In this document: one piece after another, positions 13,631 to 23,455 of the stretch
Position numbering within the stretch: position 1 is the stretch's first letter
Layout of the letters: every line of letters starts with the position of its first letter
Origin: Formosa sp. Hel1_33_131
GTDB lineage: Bacteria; Bacteroidota; Bacteroidia; Flavobacteriales; Flavobacteriaceae
NCBI RefSeq assembly: GCF_001735745.1
Contig: NZ_CP017260.1
Span: forward strand, 1,290,001 to 1,322,000
Direction of reading: 5' to 3'
Length of the DNA: 32,000 nt
Program-made: the position numbers and the translations under genes
The notes under the pieces: generated by a model
The model's database searches: none
Told to the model about the DNA's origin: nothing
What the model saw: the letters and a program-made list of their open reading frames with translations, nothing else

Positions 13631-15472
13631 ATGAAACAATTTTTTTCAAACATAAAAGGCGATGCTTTTGGTGGCATCACCGCAGGAGTCGTCGCATTAC
13701 CATTAGCATTAGCTTTTGGAGTCTCTTCTGGATTAGGTCCTAGCGCAGGTCTTTACGGCGCAATTTTTATTAGCTTTTTTGCAGCCCTTTTTGGCGGTAC
13801 CAACACTCAAATATCAGGCCCTACGGCACCAATGACCGCCGTGAGTATGGTCGTCATTTCTGGAATTATCGCCGCGAATGATGGCGATTTATCAATTGCT
13901 CTCCCTGCCATATTAACTGTGTTTTTAATCGCGGGACTTTCTCAAATTGGCCTAGGAGTTTTGGGATTAGGGAAGTACATTAAATACATTCCTTACCCCG
14001 TAGTTTCTGGCTTCATGACGGCCATTGGGGTTATTATTTTACTAACTCAAATTTTACCCTCGCTTGGTTACAACCCAAAAGAAGACTTGCAATATGTGAA
14101 TCAATTTAAGGCACAAGCCGAAGAAGTGATTCTTGAAAATATTTTAAAAGATGAAGCTGGAGACGGCATCTTAGTGTTAGAAGATTTCACAGAAACCATC
14201 GATCGTGCTTCTTTAATATCGCAAGACGATATCCAAAAAGAATCTGAAATATTAGCTGCTAAGAGTGCCTCGGGAACAATCGGTGCGCTAAAATTAATGC
14301 CAAGAGCACTTCAGGATATCAATTGGTTGGAGCTGTTGCTGGCTTTGGGTACGATTCTTATTATTTATGGCTTTAAACGCATTACAACCGTAGTCCCTAG
14401 TACGCTGGTCGCTTTGGTGGTCATGTCTGGAATCGCCATCGTCTTTGGATTGAATTATAAACCCATCGAAGAAATTCCTAGCGGATTGCCCATTCTTCAA
14501 TATGAAATTTTTACTAAATTTAAATTAGCGACCATTACGCCTTATATTTTCACAGGGTTTACGCTCGCGCTGTTAGGTGCTATTGACTCCTTACTTACTA
14601 GTATCGTAGCGGATAATATGACCAAAACAAAGCACAACCCAAACAAGGAGCTTATTGGGCAGGGAATTGGAAACAGTATTGCGTCTATGTTTGGAGGGAT
14701 TCCAGGCGCAGGAGCCACCATCAGAACGGTTGTAAACATAAACTCTGGGGGGAAAACAAAACTCTCTGGTATGATCGCCGGCGTAATGTTGTTATTTGTT
14801 TTATTGGCCTTAGGTCCTATCGCTTCCAAAATTCCTACCGCAGTACTCTCTGGGATTTTAATAACCGTAGGGATTGGTGTGATGGACTATAAAGGTCTGA
14901 AAGCAATTCCTTCCTTACCAAGAGACCTGTCGTTTGGGCCGTTCAAATTAAGTTCTGAGGTATTAATCATGCTCGTAGTATTGTTACTCTCTACGTTTTG
15001 GGATTTGATTTTCGCTGTGGGAATTGGCTTGATTATCGCTTGTTTAATGTTTATGAAAAAAATTGGCGATTTGACTTCGGAGTATTCCGATGTGAAGGTC
15101 TTAAAAGAAAAATCGTGGCCAGATGAGAAAAACTTTCCAGAGCACTTAAAAGAGTCTGTGTTTATCAAACACATCAAAGGACCTTTGTTTTTTGGATCGA
15201 CCTCTGATTTTCAGCAATTGTACAAACAGATTCCAGACTCTGCAAGGACTGTAATTTTGCGTTTGGAACGTATGCAGTATATGGATCAATCTGGGCTTTA
15301 TGCCATGGAGGACATGATTCAGGAGCTGCAAACAAAGAAGGTAGAAGTACTGTTTGTAAACCTATTAAAACAACCTCGCTATATGATGGAACGGATTGAC
15401 ATCATCCCAGATTTTATTCCGGAAGCACATATTTATGATAGTTTTGAAGCCTGTATTAACGAGTTGTCTTAG
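13631..15472 (+). CDS. SulP-family anion transporter with C-terminal STAS domain
   Basis: 613 aa. The N-terminus is typical SulP (GDAFGGITAGVVALPLALAFGVSSGLGP..GLY). It has a multi-TM core and a STAS-like tail (FIKHIKGPLFFGSTSDF...VILRLERMQYMDQSGL). Confidence 0.93.
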   Translation: MKQFFSNIKGDAFGGITAGVVALPLALAFGVSSGLGPSAGLYGAIFISFFAALFGGTNTQISGPTAPMTAVSMVVISGIIAANDGDLSIALPAILTVFLIAGLSQIGLGVLGLGKYIKYIPYPVVSGFMTAIGVIILLTQILPSLGYNPKEDLQYVNQFKAQAEEVILENILKDEAGDGILVLEDFTETIDRASLISQDDIQKESEILAAKSASGTIGALKLMPRALQDINWLELLLALGTILIIYGFKRITTVVPSTLVALVVMSGIAIVFGLNYKPIEEIPSGLPILQYEIFTKFKLATITPYIFTGFTLALLGAIDSLLTSIVADNMTKTKHNPNKELIGQGIGNSIASMFGGIPGAGATIRTVVNINSGGKTKLSGMIAGVMLLFVLLALGPIASKIPTAVLSGILITVGIGVMDYKGLKAIPSLPRDLSFGPFKLSSEVLIMLVVLLLSTFWDLIFAVGIGLIIACLMFMKKIGDLTSEYSDVKVLKEKSWPDEKNFPEHLKESVFIKHIKGPLFFGSTSDFQQLYKQIPDSARTVILRLERMQYMDQSGLYAMEDMIQELQTKKVEVLFVNLLKQPRYMMERIDIIPDFIPEAHIYDSFEACINELS

Positions 15473-15480
15473 GCTTAAAA

Positions 15481-16014
15481 TCACTTCGCCTCTTCAGGAG
15501 AATTAAGAATATTCGGGAGCTCTAGTGGTATTTCTTCATTTATAAAATTTGGAAAAATCATGGGAGCTAACGACTTTACTGGGTTGTAAAGTATGGACGT
15601 TTCGATCTCTTCATCGGAGACAAAAGGTATGGTTTTATTTAAAGTGTTAAAAATCAACAAAAGGATGCTGAGGATTAAAGCAATTTTTAAACCTCCAAAA
15701 AGGCCTCCTAGTAATTTGTTTAGAATTCCTAAGGATGCAAAATCGGCAAGCTTGGTCAGTGCTTTACCTGCAAGTGAGATCACCAATACAATCACCACAA
15801 ATGTAATCGCGAAAGCTGTGATGTTTATTGTTTTTTCGCCCCATTCAAAACGGTCAGATAAAAATTCCGCTGCATAATTACTAAAATGTACGGCACCATA
15901 CACCCCCACTAATAATGCGAGTAAAGAAGTGACCTCCACAAAAAAACCTTTAGAGAGCCCTTTGATTAATCCGTAAAGAATAAATGCGCCTAAAATAATA
16001 TCAATGATCGCCAT
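15481..16014 (-). CDS. cvpA: CvpA-family membrane protein
   Basis: 177 aa with four hydrophobic helices. The N-terminus IDIILGAFILYGLIKGLSKGFFVEV is typical of CvpA. Confidence 0.8.
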   Translation of the reverse strand: MAIIDIILGAFILYGLIKGLSKGFFVEVTSLLALLVGVYGAVHFSNYAAEFLSDRFEWGEKTINITAFAITFVVIVLVISLAGKALTKLADFASLGILNKLLGGLFGGLKIALILSILLLIFNTLNKTIPFVSDEEIETSILYNPVKSLAPMIFPNFINEEIPLELPNILNSPEEAK

Positions 16015-16037
16015 GGTGTTTAATTTAATTGATTTTT

Positions 16038-16045
16038 CAAAATTA
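16038..16045 (-). promoter_or_regulatory. -7 box TAATTTTG (TAnnTTTG) for cvpA
   Basis: The plus strand reads CAAAATTA at 16038-16045, which is TAATTTTG on the minus strand. It lies 23 nt upstream of the cvpA ATG. Confidence 0.4.
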
Positions 16046-16117
16046 ACAATGATTCCTAACTTAACAACTCAAATGTTTCGTTTCTATTTTAATACACCCT
16101 AAATTTACGAAATAATT

Positions 16118-16474
16118 ATGGCTCGAGACGAAGAACTTAAAAAACGATGGGAAGAGGTGGTTGAAAAACTGTCCTCTCAATTTGCGGATGGCGATCCTTT
16201 AGACCTAGATGGGATTATCTATCTCATTGGTGTACAGGAACTTGGGCAGCTACACCGAACCTTTAAAAAAGATGAAAAACTCAACCTGATGCACATTGCA
16301 ATCTGTCGACTTTTAGAGCCCTACGGCTACTATGTGTTTGACTATTTCGATGAACAAGGTTGGCCACATTATACCATAAAAGAAGCCTTGCCAAATCTAA
16401 AGGCTGGCGAACAAAGTATTCTGATGAAGGATGCGATTGTAAACTATTTTATTGAGGCGGAGTTTATTAGTTAA
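16118..16474 (+). CDS. Hypothetical protein (soluble, no family recognised)
   Basis: 118-aa ORF with an ATG start and compositionally normal coding sequence. I recognise no motif. Confidence 0.55.
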   Translation: MARDEELKKRWEEVVEKLSSQFADGDPLDLDGIIYLIGVQELGQLHRTFKKDEKLNLMHIAICRLLEPYGYYVFDYFDEQGWPHYTIKEALPNLKAGEQSILMKDAIVNYFIEAEFIS

Positions 16475-16481
16475 GTTTTCT

Positions 16482-16489
16482 TAAATTTG
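16482..16489 (+). promoter_or_regulatory. -7 box TAAATTTG (TAnnTTTG) for pheS
   Basis: Exact TAnnTTTG match 20 nt upstream of the pheS ATG (16509). Confidence 0.4.
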
Positions 16490-16508
16490 GCCATTATTTA
16501 ATTTTATC

Positions 16509-17528
16509 ATGATAGAAAAGATCCATAAACTTATAGAAGAGGCTGAAGCGTTTTCGACACAATCTTTAGAAGAACTAGAAGTATTTCGTATTAAGTTTCT
16601 TGGGAAAAAAGGACTTTTGAATGATTTGTTTGCAAGCTTTAAAGAGGTTCCAAATGAACAAAAAAAGGACTTTGGACAGGCCATCAATAAATTAAAGAGT
16701 GCTGCACAAGAAAAGGTAAATTCCTTAAAGGCGTCCTTAGAAAACACCACAAGTGATGCATCTCTTTTTGGCGATTTGTCACGTCCCGGCGAGCCTTTTA
16801 ATATTGGTGCTAGACATCCAATTTCATTGGTAAAAAATCAAATTATTGATATTTTCTCGAGAGTTGGATTTAATGTAAGTGAGGGACCAGAAGTTGAAGA
16901 TGATTGGCATAATTTTACAGCACTAAACTTACCGGAGCATCATCCCGCAAGAGATATGCAGGACACGTTTTTTATACAAACAGATCCAGATGTATTATTA
17001 CGAACGCATACCAGTTCGGTACAAGTGCGTTATATGGAAAATAACCAACCGCCCATTCGTACCATTTCTCCGGGAAGGGTCTATAGAAATGAAGCTATTT
17101 CGGGGCGTTCACACTGTTTTTTCCACCAAGTAGAGGGCTTGTATATTGACAAAAATGTCAGCTTTGCAGACCTGAAGCAAACACTCCAATATTTTACAAC
17201 GGAGCTTTTTGGGAAATCAAAAATCAGACTACGACCTTCTTATTTTCCGTTTACAGAACCGAGTGCAGAGGTGGATGTGTACTGGGGGTTAGAAACCGAA
17301 ACAGACTACAAAATGACCAAAGGAACTGGCTGGTTAGAAATTATGGGCTGTGGAATGGTAGATCCGAATGTGCTTGAAAATTGTGGCATTGACTCCAAAG
17401 AATATTCTGGTTTTGCCTTTGGTATGGGAATCGATAGAATCGCATTGCTCTTACACCAAATTAGCGATATCCGATTGTTAAGTGAAAATAATATGCGCTT
17501 TTTAGAGCAATTTAAAAGTGCTTTGTAA
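16509..17528 (+). CDS. pheS: Phenylalanine--tRNA ligase alpha subunit
   Basis: 339 aa with class II aaRS motifs ([53 protein letters not shown]). Confidence 0.97.
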   Translation: MIEKIHKLIEEAEAFSTQSLEELEVFRIKFLGKKGLLNDLFASFKEVPNEQKKDFGQAINKLKSAAQEKVNSLKASLENTTSDASLFGDLSRPGEPFNIGARHPISLVKNQIIDIFSRVGFNVSEGPEVEDDWHNFTALNLPEHHPARDMQDTFFIQTDPDVLLRTHTSSVQVRYMENNQPPIRTISPGRVYRNEAISGRSHCFFHQVEGLYIDKNVSFADLKQTLQYFTTELFGKSKIRLRPSYFPFTEPSAEVDVYWGLETETDYKMTKGTGWLEIMGCGMVDPNVLENCGIDSKEYSGFAFGMGIDRIALLLHQISDIRLLSENNMRFLEQFKSAL

Positions 17529-17537
17529 ACTTTTATT

Positions 17538-17933
17538 TTGAAAAAAGATATCCTGATTCCAGAAGTAAAAGACGTATATATCGCCGTTGTGCATGAGTAT
17601 AATGACACCTACAAGGTCTATGATTGGAATGCGTACATCATCAACGATAAATCCGTAGATTTAGAAATGGTGATTATTGTAACCAAAGGTTATTCTGAAG
17701 ACAAAAAAACGGCCACTTTTAGAAAAAAAATTGAGGCACTTCCCGCTAAAAGTTACACAAAAATTGAGATGCTTCTAGAAGATGTTTTGTCAATAAACAA
17801 CCTTTTTAATGTCTCATTTTTTGAAGATAATAAACTGTTTGAAAAAGCATTTGAATTCAGAAAAAACACGATTAACGAAAACGCACTTCAACAAATTCCA
17901 CTCATGAAGCTAAAAGGGGTTTTAAAATCTTAA
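17538..17933 (+). CDS. Hypothetical protein
   Basis: 131-aa ORF starting at TTG, 10 nt after the pheS stop. There is no early in-frame ATG and I recognise no family. Confidence 0.5.
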   Translation: MKKDILIPEVKDVYIAVVHEYNDTYKVYDWNAYIINDKSVDLEMVIIVTKGYSEDKKTATFRKKIEALPAKSYTKIEMLLEDVLSINNLFNVSFFEDNKLFEKAFEFRKNTINENALQQIPLMKLKGVLKS

Positions 17934-17935
17934 AC

Positions 17936-18937
17936 CTAACTCAGTTTTTCTGTTAGTTTTTTAAACGCTTTTTTGGGGTTTTTGTGCATGTATAAGACTT
18001 CATAAACGGTATCAATAATTGGGGTTTGAGCCGGTGTTTCCTTACCTTGATTGATCTCATAAGCACTTTTTGTAGCATAATACCCTTCGGCAATCATGCT
18101 CATTTCCATTTGTGCAGATTTTACGGTGTAGCCTTTGCCGATCATGTTTCCAAACATTCTATTTCTAGAAAACAAGGAGTAGCACGTCACCAATAGATCC
18201 CCCAAATAAACCGTCTCATTAATGTTCCGTTTCATTTTATGGGCTTTTTTAATGAATCGTTTCATCTCGCGTGTGGCGTTGCTCATTAATACACTTTGAA
18301 AATTATCTCCGTATCCTAAGCCGTGCGCCATTCCAGCGGCAATGGCATAAATATTTTTGAGCATGGCCGCAAATTCTGCGCCCACAACATCGTCATTTGT
18401 ACTCGTTCTTATGTAGTTACTCGAAAACTGATCGGCAATAGTACTCGCGATGTCAAGGTCTGCGCAAGCAATTGTAATGTAAGAAAGACGCTCTAAAGCA
18501 ACTTCCTCAGCATGGCAGGGCCCTGCTAAAACAACAATATTATTTAAATCAACACCGTGTTTCCGATGAAAATGTTCGCCTACTAAAAGTCCAGATTCCG
18601 GAATAATTCCCTTGACGGCTGACATAATTATTTTAGAAGAAATATCAATCGTTAATTTTTGAAGTTCACTTTCTATAAATGCGGATGGAATCGCAAAGAT
18701 TAATACATCGGCATAGTCGGCCATTTTATTGATATCGGCATCAATATAAAGTTGATCGGTATTAAATTCGACAGAGCTCAAATAAGAAGGATTGTGCTCT
18801 TCGGAGAGAATATGGTCAATGGTTTGTTGTTTTCGTACATACCACCCTACTTGCTCACGGTTTTCACAAAGCATTTTCACAATTGCTGTGGCCCAACTTC
18901 CACTTCCAAAAACTGCGTATTTTAAATCTGAAGACAT
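17936..18937 (-). CDS. gpsA: NAD(P)H-dependent glycerol-3-phosphate dehydrogenase
   Basis: 333 aa. It has an N-terminal Rossmann motif (AVFGSGSWATAI) and GpsA-typical GPCHAEEVA and NVVGAE-like (DVVGAEFAAMLKN) segments. Confidence 0.93.
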   Translation of the reverse strand: MSSDLKYAVFGSGSWATAIVKMLCENREQVGWYVRKQQTIDHILSEEHNPSYLSSVEFNTDQLYIDADINKMADYADVLIFAIPSAFIESELQKLTIDISSKIIMSAVKGIIPESGLLVGEHFHRKHGVDLNNIVVLAGPCHAEEVALERLSYITIACADLDIASTIADQFSSNYIRTSTNDDVVGAEFAAMLKNIYAIAAGMAHGLGYGDNFQSVLMSNATREMKRFIKKAHKMKRNINETVYLGDLLVTCYSLFSRNRMFGNMIGKGYTVKSAQMEMSMIAEGYYATKSAYEINQGKETPAQTPIIDTVYEVLYMHKNPKKAFKKLTEKLS

Positions 18938-18957
18938 TTAGATAGTGTTTTAGCGGT

Positions 18958-18965
18958 CAAAAGTA
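18958..18965 (-). promoter_or_regulatory. -7 box TACTTTTG (TAnnTTTG) for gpsA
   Basis: The plus strand reads CAAAAGTA at 18958-18965, 20 nt upstream of the gpsA ATG on the minus strand. Confidence 0.4.
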
Positions 18966-19003
18966 CTAAAAATAATACGTTCTCAGCTGTGATGCGATAA
19001 GGC

Positions 19004-19780
19004 TTACTTAAATTTATTTTCTATAATTTCCAAAAATCGGGCTTCCATTTCTTCTTGGTCCTCCCAGTTCTTATAGTCTGGCTTGATGATGGAGTCTAAT
19101 AAGTGTGTTGCCTCCTCATACGAATCTAAGGTGCTCAATTGAGACAACACCCGCTCATAATCTTCATTGCTATTTTCAAATAAATTTTTAACAAAGGCGA
19201 GTCGGTCGTTTAAACCGATTTGAAATCCTTGTGTTTTTAGTTGATCATTTAAAGAGGCTTGTGCTGGCTCGGGCTCCACAGCATCAAAAATTGGAAGCTG
19301 CGCATAACTTGGTGACAACTCATTTAGATCGAATTCAATCGCTTCTTGCGGATCTTCTGGTTCTGGTTCCTGTACTTCTTCCTCTGGCTCCTTTGGTTCA
19401 TTTATAGCGTCTATAATTGTGTCAACTTCTATGGTTTCTTCTGGCATTTGAGCGACCATGTCTTTAATTTTTTCGATCGCTGGCTCCATAATAGACTCCT
19501 CTTCCTCGGTATCTATGTTCACAAATGTTTTGTCGGCAACCTCAACTGAATCTGTAACGGTATTATTAAACGCCCCTTCAAGTGAGTTGAAAAATGAAGC
19601 GTCCATTCCAACCAAATCTGGTGCTTCACCATCATGATTATTTTCTATAAACTTTAAAATGGTGATTTTTTGATACAACAACGCAATTTCAGATTGCATT
19701 TTTTCAAGGTCTTCTCTCCCTGTAAGTTTAAGGATTCTATGAGCGATACTTATTAATTCCGACTCTAGTTTCTTTTTCAT
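19004..19780 (-). CDS. Hypothetical acidic protein
   Basis: 258 aa. It has a helical N-terminus, a very acidic E/P/D-rich centre (EPKEPEEEVQEPEPEDPQEAIEFD) and a helical C-terminus. I recognise no family. Confidence 0.55.
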   Translation of the reverse strand: MKKKLESELISIAHRILKLTGREDLEKMQSEIALLYQKITILKFIENNHDGEAPDLVGMDASFFNSLEGAFNNTVTDSVEVADKTFVNIDTEEEESIMEPAIEKIKDMVAQMPEETIEVDTIIDAINEPKEPEEEVQEPEPEDPQEAIEFDLNELSPSYAQLPIFDAVEPEPAQASLNDQLKTQGFQIGLNDRLAFVKNLFENSNEDYERVLSQLSTLDSYEEATHLLDSIIKPDYKNWEDQEEMEARFLEIIENKFK

Positions 19781-19937
19781 GATGTTCTATTAATTTGTTT
19801 ATACCCGTTTTTAAGTGCTTGTAAACTCTATATTAATGACATTTTATAACTTTTAAATTTATACTTTTGATTTTTAATAAATTTATGTCACCTTTATAAA
19901 AACGAAAGTAAATTTCGTTTGGTGTTAAAATTACAAA

Positions 19938-20585
19938 ATGTTTCTCGAAAATACAGTAAACCCTAAAGAACAATTTGGTTGGATCGAAGTCATCTGCGGA
20001 TCGATGTTTTCTGGAAAGACTGAAGAATTAATTCGTCGCTTACGACGGGCTCAATTTGCCAAGCAAAAAGTTGAGATTTTTAAGCCTGCCATTGATGTGC
20101 GTTACGACGATGAAATGGTGGTGTCTCACGATGCCAATGAAATTCGTTCTACGCCCGTACCTTCCGCTTCCAACATCCCGCTTTTAGCAGATGGATGCGA
20201 TGTGGTTGGTATTGATGAAGCGCAATTTTTTGATGATGAAATTGTAAACGTGTGTAACGCCCTTGCCAATAAAGGCATTCGGGTGATTGTTGCGGGTCTG
20301 GATATGGACTTTAAAGGAAACCCTTTTGGGCCGATGCCAAATTTGATGGCAACCGCAGAATATGTTACCAAAGTGCACGCTGTGTGTACGCATACAGGAA
20401 ATTTAGCCCAGTACAGCCATCGTAAATCTAAAAATGACAATCTGGTTCTTTTGGGCGAAGTTGATGAATATGAGCCACTCAGTCGAGCCGCTTACTATAA
20501 AGCACTCCTAAAAGAAAAGTTGCAAGACATGGATGTTGTAAACCCAACCGATGTTGACACCAACAAAAATAACTCAAATGCCTAA
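19938..20585 (+). CDS. tdk: Thymidine kinase
   Basis: 215 aa. It has the P-loop [14 protein letters not shown], the GIDEAQFF motif and a C-terminal Cys-containing lasso region ([14 protein letters not shown]). Confidence 0.94.
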   Translation: MFLENTVNPKEQFGWIEVICGSMFSGKTEELIRRLRRAQFAKQKVEIFKPAIDVRYDDEMVVSHDANEIRSTPVPSASNIPLLADGCDVVGIDEAQFFDDEIVNVCNALANKGIRVIVAGLDMDFKGNPFGPMPNLMATAEYVTKVHAVCTHTGNLAQYSHRKSKNDNLVLLGEVDEYEPLSRAAYYKALLKEKLQDMDVVNPTDVDTNKNNSNA

Positions 20586-21687
20586 AGTCACAGAAACCAC
20601 TTTAGAAATTAACTTGGCTGCTTTAAAGCATAATTTTGAATTCCTAAAATCAAAACTCCAAAATAACACACTATTTTTGGCAGTCGTCAAAGCATTTGCT
20701 TACGGCAGTGACGCTGTGGTGGTCGCTAAGTGTCTTCAAAAATTGGAGGTAGATTATTTTGCAGTCGCCTATATCAATGAAGGAGTTGCGCTGAGAAAAG
20801 CAGGAATCACAACCCCTATTTTAGTGCTGCATCCTCAGGTGAGTAATCTGAATCTCGCTATAGAACATTGTTTAGAGCCTAGCTTATATACCTTAAAAAT
20901 ACTGCAAGCGTTTGAGCGTGTGGCGCATCAACGCAATCAAAAAAATTATCCTGTTCATATTAAATTTAATACCGGTTTAAATCGTCTCGGGTTTGAAGCA
21001 AATGAACTCGATTTGGTTGTAGAAGAGTTATCGAAAACCAGCACTTTAAAAGTGAAATCCGTATTTTCTCATTTAGCGGCAAGTGAAGATTTAGAAGAAA
21101 AGGCATTTACTTTAGGTCAGATTAATCTTTATAAATCCCTTTCTACAAGCTTTATTGAAAAGCTAGGATGCCCCGTTATCCGGCATTTGTGTAATACCTC
21201 GGGGGTACTCAATTATCCCGAAGCACATTTTGACATGGTGCGTTGTGGAATTGGCTTATATGGGTATGGCAACACTGATAAAGAGGCTCAAAATTTCCAA
21301 CCAATAGCGACCTTAAAATCTGTGATTTCACAAATACACCTTGTTACAAAAGGGAAAAGTGTGGGATATAACCGAGGCTTTATAAGTCCTGAAGGTTCAA
21401 AAATTGCAACCATTCCTATTGGTCATGCCGACGGAATTGGAAGGCATTTTGGTCATGGCGTAGGCATTGTGGAGATTGGTTCTAAAAAAGCGCCTATTGT
21501 GGGAAATGTGTGTATGGATATGATTATGGTGGATGTGTCAGATATTGAGTGTAACGAAGGGGATGAGGTGGTGTTCTTTGGCCCTGAATTCTCAGCGGAA
21601 ACAAGTGCCGCGGCAGCAAACACCATTTCTTACGAACTCATTACAGGAATCTCTCAGCGTGTGAAGCGTGAGGTCTTGGACGTATAA
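20578..21687 (+). CDS. alr: Alanine racemase
   Basis: PLP-lysine motif [11 protein letters not shown] and the C-terminal VGYNRGF...PIGHADG...CMDMIMVD motifs. I prefer the ATG at 20578 ([13 protein letters not shown]), which overlaps the tdk stop by 8 nt, over the track start at 20551. Confidence 0.92.
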   Translation: MPKVTETTLEINLAALKHNFEFLKSKLQNNTLFLAVVKAFAYGSDAVVVAKCLQKLEVDYFAVAYINEGVALRKAGITTPILVLHPQVSNLNLAIEHCLEPSLYTLKILQAFERVAHQRNQKNYPVHIKFNTGLNRLGFEANELDLVVEELSKTSTLKVKSVFSHLAASEDLEEKAFTLGQINLYKSLSTSFIEKLGCPVIRHLCNTSGVLNYPEAHFDMVRCGIGLYGYGNTDKEAQNFQPIATLKSVISQIHLVTKGKSVGYNRGFISPEGSKIATIPIGHADGIGRHFGHGVGIVEIGSKKAPIVGNVCMDMIMVDVSDIECNEGDEVVFFGPEFSAETSAAAANTISYELITGISQRVKREVLDV

Positions 21688-21705
21688 GAAGTACGGAATC
21701 GTTTT

Positions 21706-22008
21706 TTATTTCAATCGTTTCTTTACATCCATTCTTTGATGTAGAATTCTGACGATTTCAACAATTTCATTTTCAAATTTTCTGTAAAAAATTAGATGGG
21801 ATTTAATTTTCGTCACTCTGTAATTTTTTCTGGTTTGCTCCGACGGTTTTCCAATCAAATAGTTATCAGCAATAAATTCAATCTCTTCGATTATCAAGTC
21901 ATAATATCGATCCGCTTGCTTTTTAGACCATTTACGAAGTGTATAAATCCATCTCGCATTCAAATCCTCAATGGCTTGTTTGCTAATTCGGTATTTGGTA
22001 GTGCTCAT
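21706..22008 (-). CDS. parE: ParE/RelE-family type II toxin
   Basis: 100 aa. YRISKQAIEDLNARWIYTLRKWSKKQADRYYDLIIEEIEFIADN...YRVTKIKSHLIFYRKFENEIVEIVRILHQRMD is the ParE pattern. ATGA overlap with the upstream antitoxin gene. Confidence 0.9.
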   Translation of the reverse strand: MSTTKYRISKQAIEDLNARWIYTLRKWSKKQADRYYDLIIEEIEFIADNYLIGKPSEQTRKNYRVTKIKSHLIFYRKFENEIVEIVRILHQRMDVKKRLK

Positions 22009-22247
22009 AAATGTTGCCGATGTAATTCGGTTAAATTTTGATTTGAATCAAAATCATCTACAAACCCACTTTGTTCTCCTATTTCAAGAGCCTTAATCAA
22101 TTCTCTTTCTTTTCTATCTTCTGATTCCAACATTCGTAATGCGGAACGAATAACCTCGCTTACAGAACTGTACCTGCCAGATTTTACTTCACCATTTATA
22201 AATTCTTCAAAATGATTTCCGAGTGATATGGATGTGTTTTTTCCCAT
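22005..22247 (-). CDS. parD: ParD-family (CopG/RHH) antitoxin
   Basis: 80 aa. NTSISLGNHFEEFINGEVKSGRYSSVSEVIRSALRMLE is the ParD/COG3609 signature. Confidence 0.9.
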   Translation of the reverse strand: MGKNTSISLGNHFEEFINGEVKSGRYSSVSEVIRSALRMLESEDRKERELIKALEIGEQSGFVDDFDSNQNLTELHRQHL

Positions 22248-22460
22248 TTGACTTATAATTTAATTAAATATACCTAATCTTGGTAACACCGCCAAATTGC
22301 AAATAGTTTTAATCTACAATGCATTAGGGATTTACTAAAAAAATAGACCTTTTTAACGAAATTCACAAAGACAAATAAATTCGTTCTTCTTTTTTAATTT
22401 TACTTCTTTTATTCTCGGTTTATTTACTAATTTTATCGTCTTAATTAAAGACCTGAAATT

Positions 22461-23447
22461 ATGAAAATTGCAGTTGTAGGAGCTACCGGAATGGTAGGTG
22501 CCGTTATGTTAAAATTACTCGAAGAACGTCAGTTTCCACTTACGGAACTTATTCTTGTAGCTTCGGAGCGTAGTGTTGGTAAAAAAATAAGCTATAAAGG
22601 AGTTGACCACACGATTGTGGGGCTTGCGACGGCTGTTGAAATGCGTCCGGACATCGCTATTTTTTCTGCAGGTGGAGAGACTTCTCTTGAATGGGCTCCA
22701 AAATTTGCTGAGGCTGGAACGATGGTTATCGATAACTCTTCTGCCTGGCGAATGGATCCCACAAAAAAATTAATTGTTCCAGAAATTAACGCCTCCATTT
22801 TAACAGCGGACGATAAAATTATAGCCAACCCAAACTGTTCAACAATTCAATTGGTGATGGCATTATCGCCACTCCATGATAAATATAAAATGAAACGCGT
22901 GGTTATTTCTACCTACCAATCTGTTTCTGGGTCGGGTGCCAAAGCTGTTCAGCAGTTAGAAAACGAAATCAATGGTGTTAAAGGCGAAATGGCATATCCT
23001 TACCCCATAGGAAGAAATGCCTTGCCACACTGTGATGTGTTCCTTGAAAATGGATATACAAAAGAAGAAATGAAATTGGCAATGGAGCCACAAAAAATAT
23101 TAGACGATCACTCCTTTGCAATTACAGCCACAGCGGTTCGAATTCCTACCGCAGGTGGGCACTCTGAATCTGTAAATGTGCAGTTTGAAACCGATTTTGA
23201 ACTTCAAGAAGTCCGCGCCATTCTGAGTCAATCAGACGGGGTGACGGTTCAAGATAATACCGATACAAATACGTACCCAATGCCTATATACGCAAACGGA
23301 AAAGATGATGTTTTTGTGGGACGTATCCGACGTGATGAAACACAAGAAAACTCCTTGAATCTATGGATTGTTTCAGACAATTTACGAAAAGGTGCTGCGA
23401 CAAATACCATTCAAATTGCAGAATATTTAGTGGCTCATATTTTATAG
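22461..23447 (+). CDS. asd: Aspartate-semialdehyde dehydrogenase
   Basis: 328 aa. It has the NAD(P)-binding motif VVGATGMVG, the active-site motif NPNCSTIQ and the motif VRIPTAGGHSESV. Confidence 0.95.
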   Translation: MKIAVVGATGMVGAVMLKLLEERQFPLTELILVASERSVGKKISYKGVDHTIVGLATAVEMRPDIAIFSAGGETSLEWAPKFAEAGTMVIDNSSAWRMDPTKKLIVPEINASILTADDKIIANPNCSTIQLVMALSPLHDKYKMKRVVISTYQSVSGSGAKAVQQLENEINGVKGEMAYPYPIGRNALPHCDVFLENGYTKEEMKLAMEPQKILDDHSFAITATAVRIPTAGGHSESVNVQFETDFELQEVRAILSQSDGVTVQDNTDTNTYPMPIYANGKDDVFVGRIRRDETQENSLNLWIVSDNLRKGAATNTIQIAEYLVAHIL

Positions 23448-23455
23448 CGACTTAG

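Noticed and set aside
20551-20577. Upstream ATG (20551) as the alr start, and likewise 4048 as the aldo/keto reductase start
   Set aside because: The longer N-termini (MLTPTKITQ..., MFVNFRSQTIK...) add residues absent from the family pattern as I recall it. The internal ATGs at 20578 and 4015 give typical N-termini.
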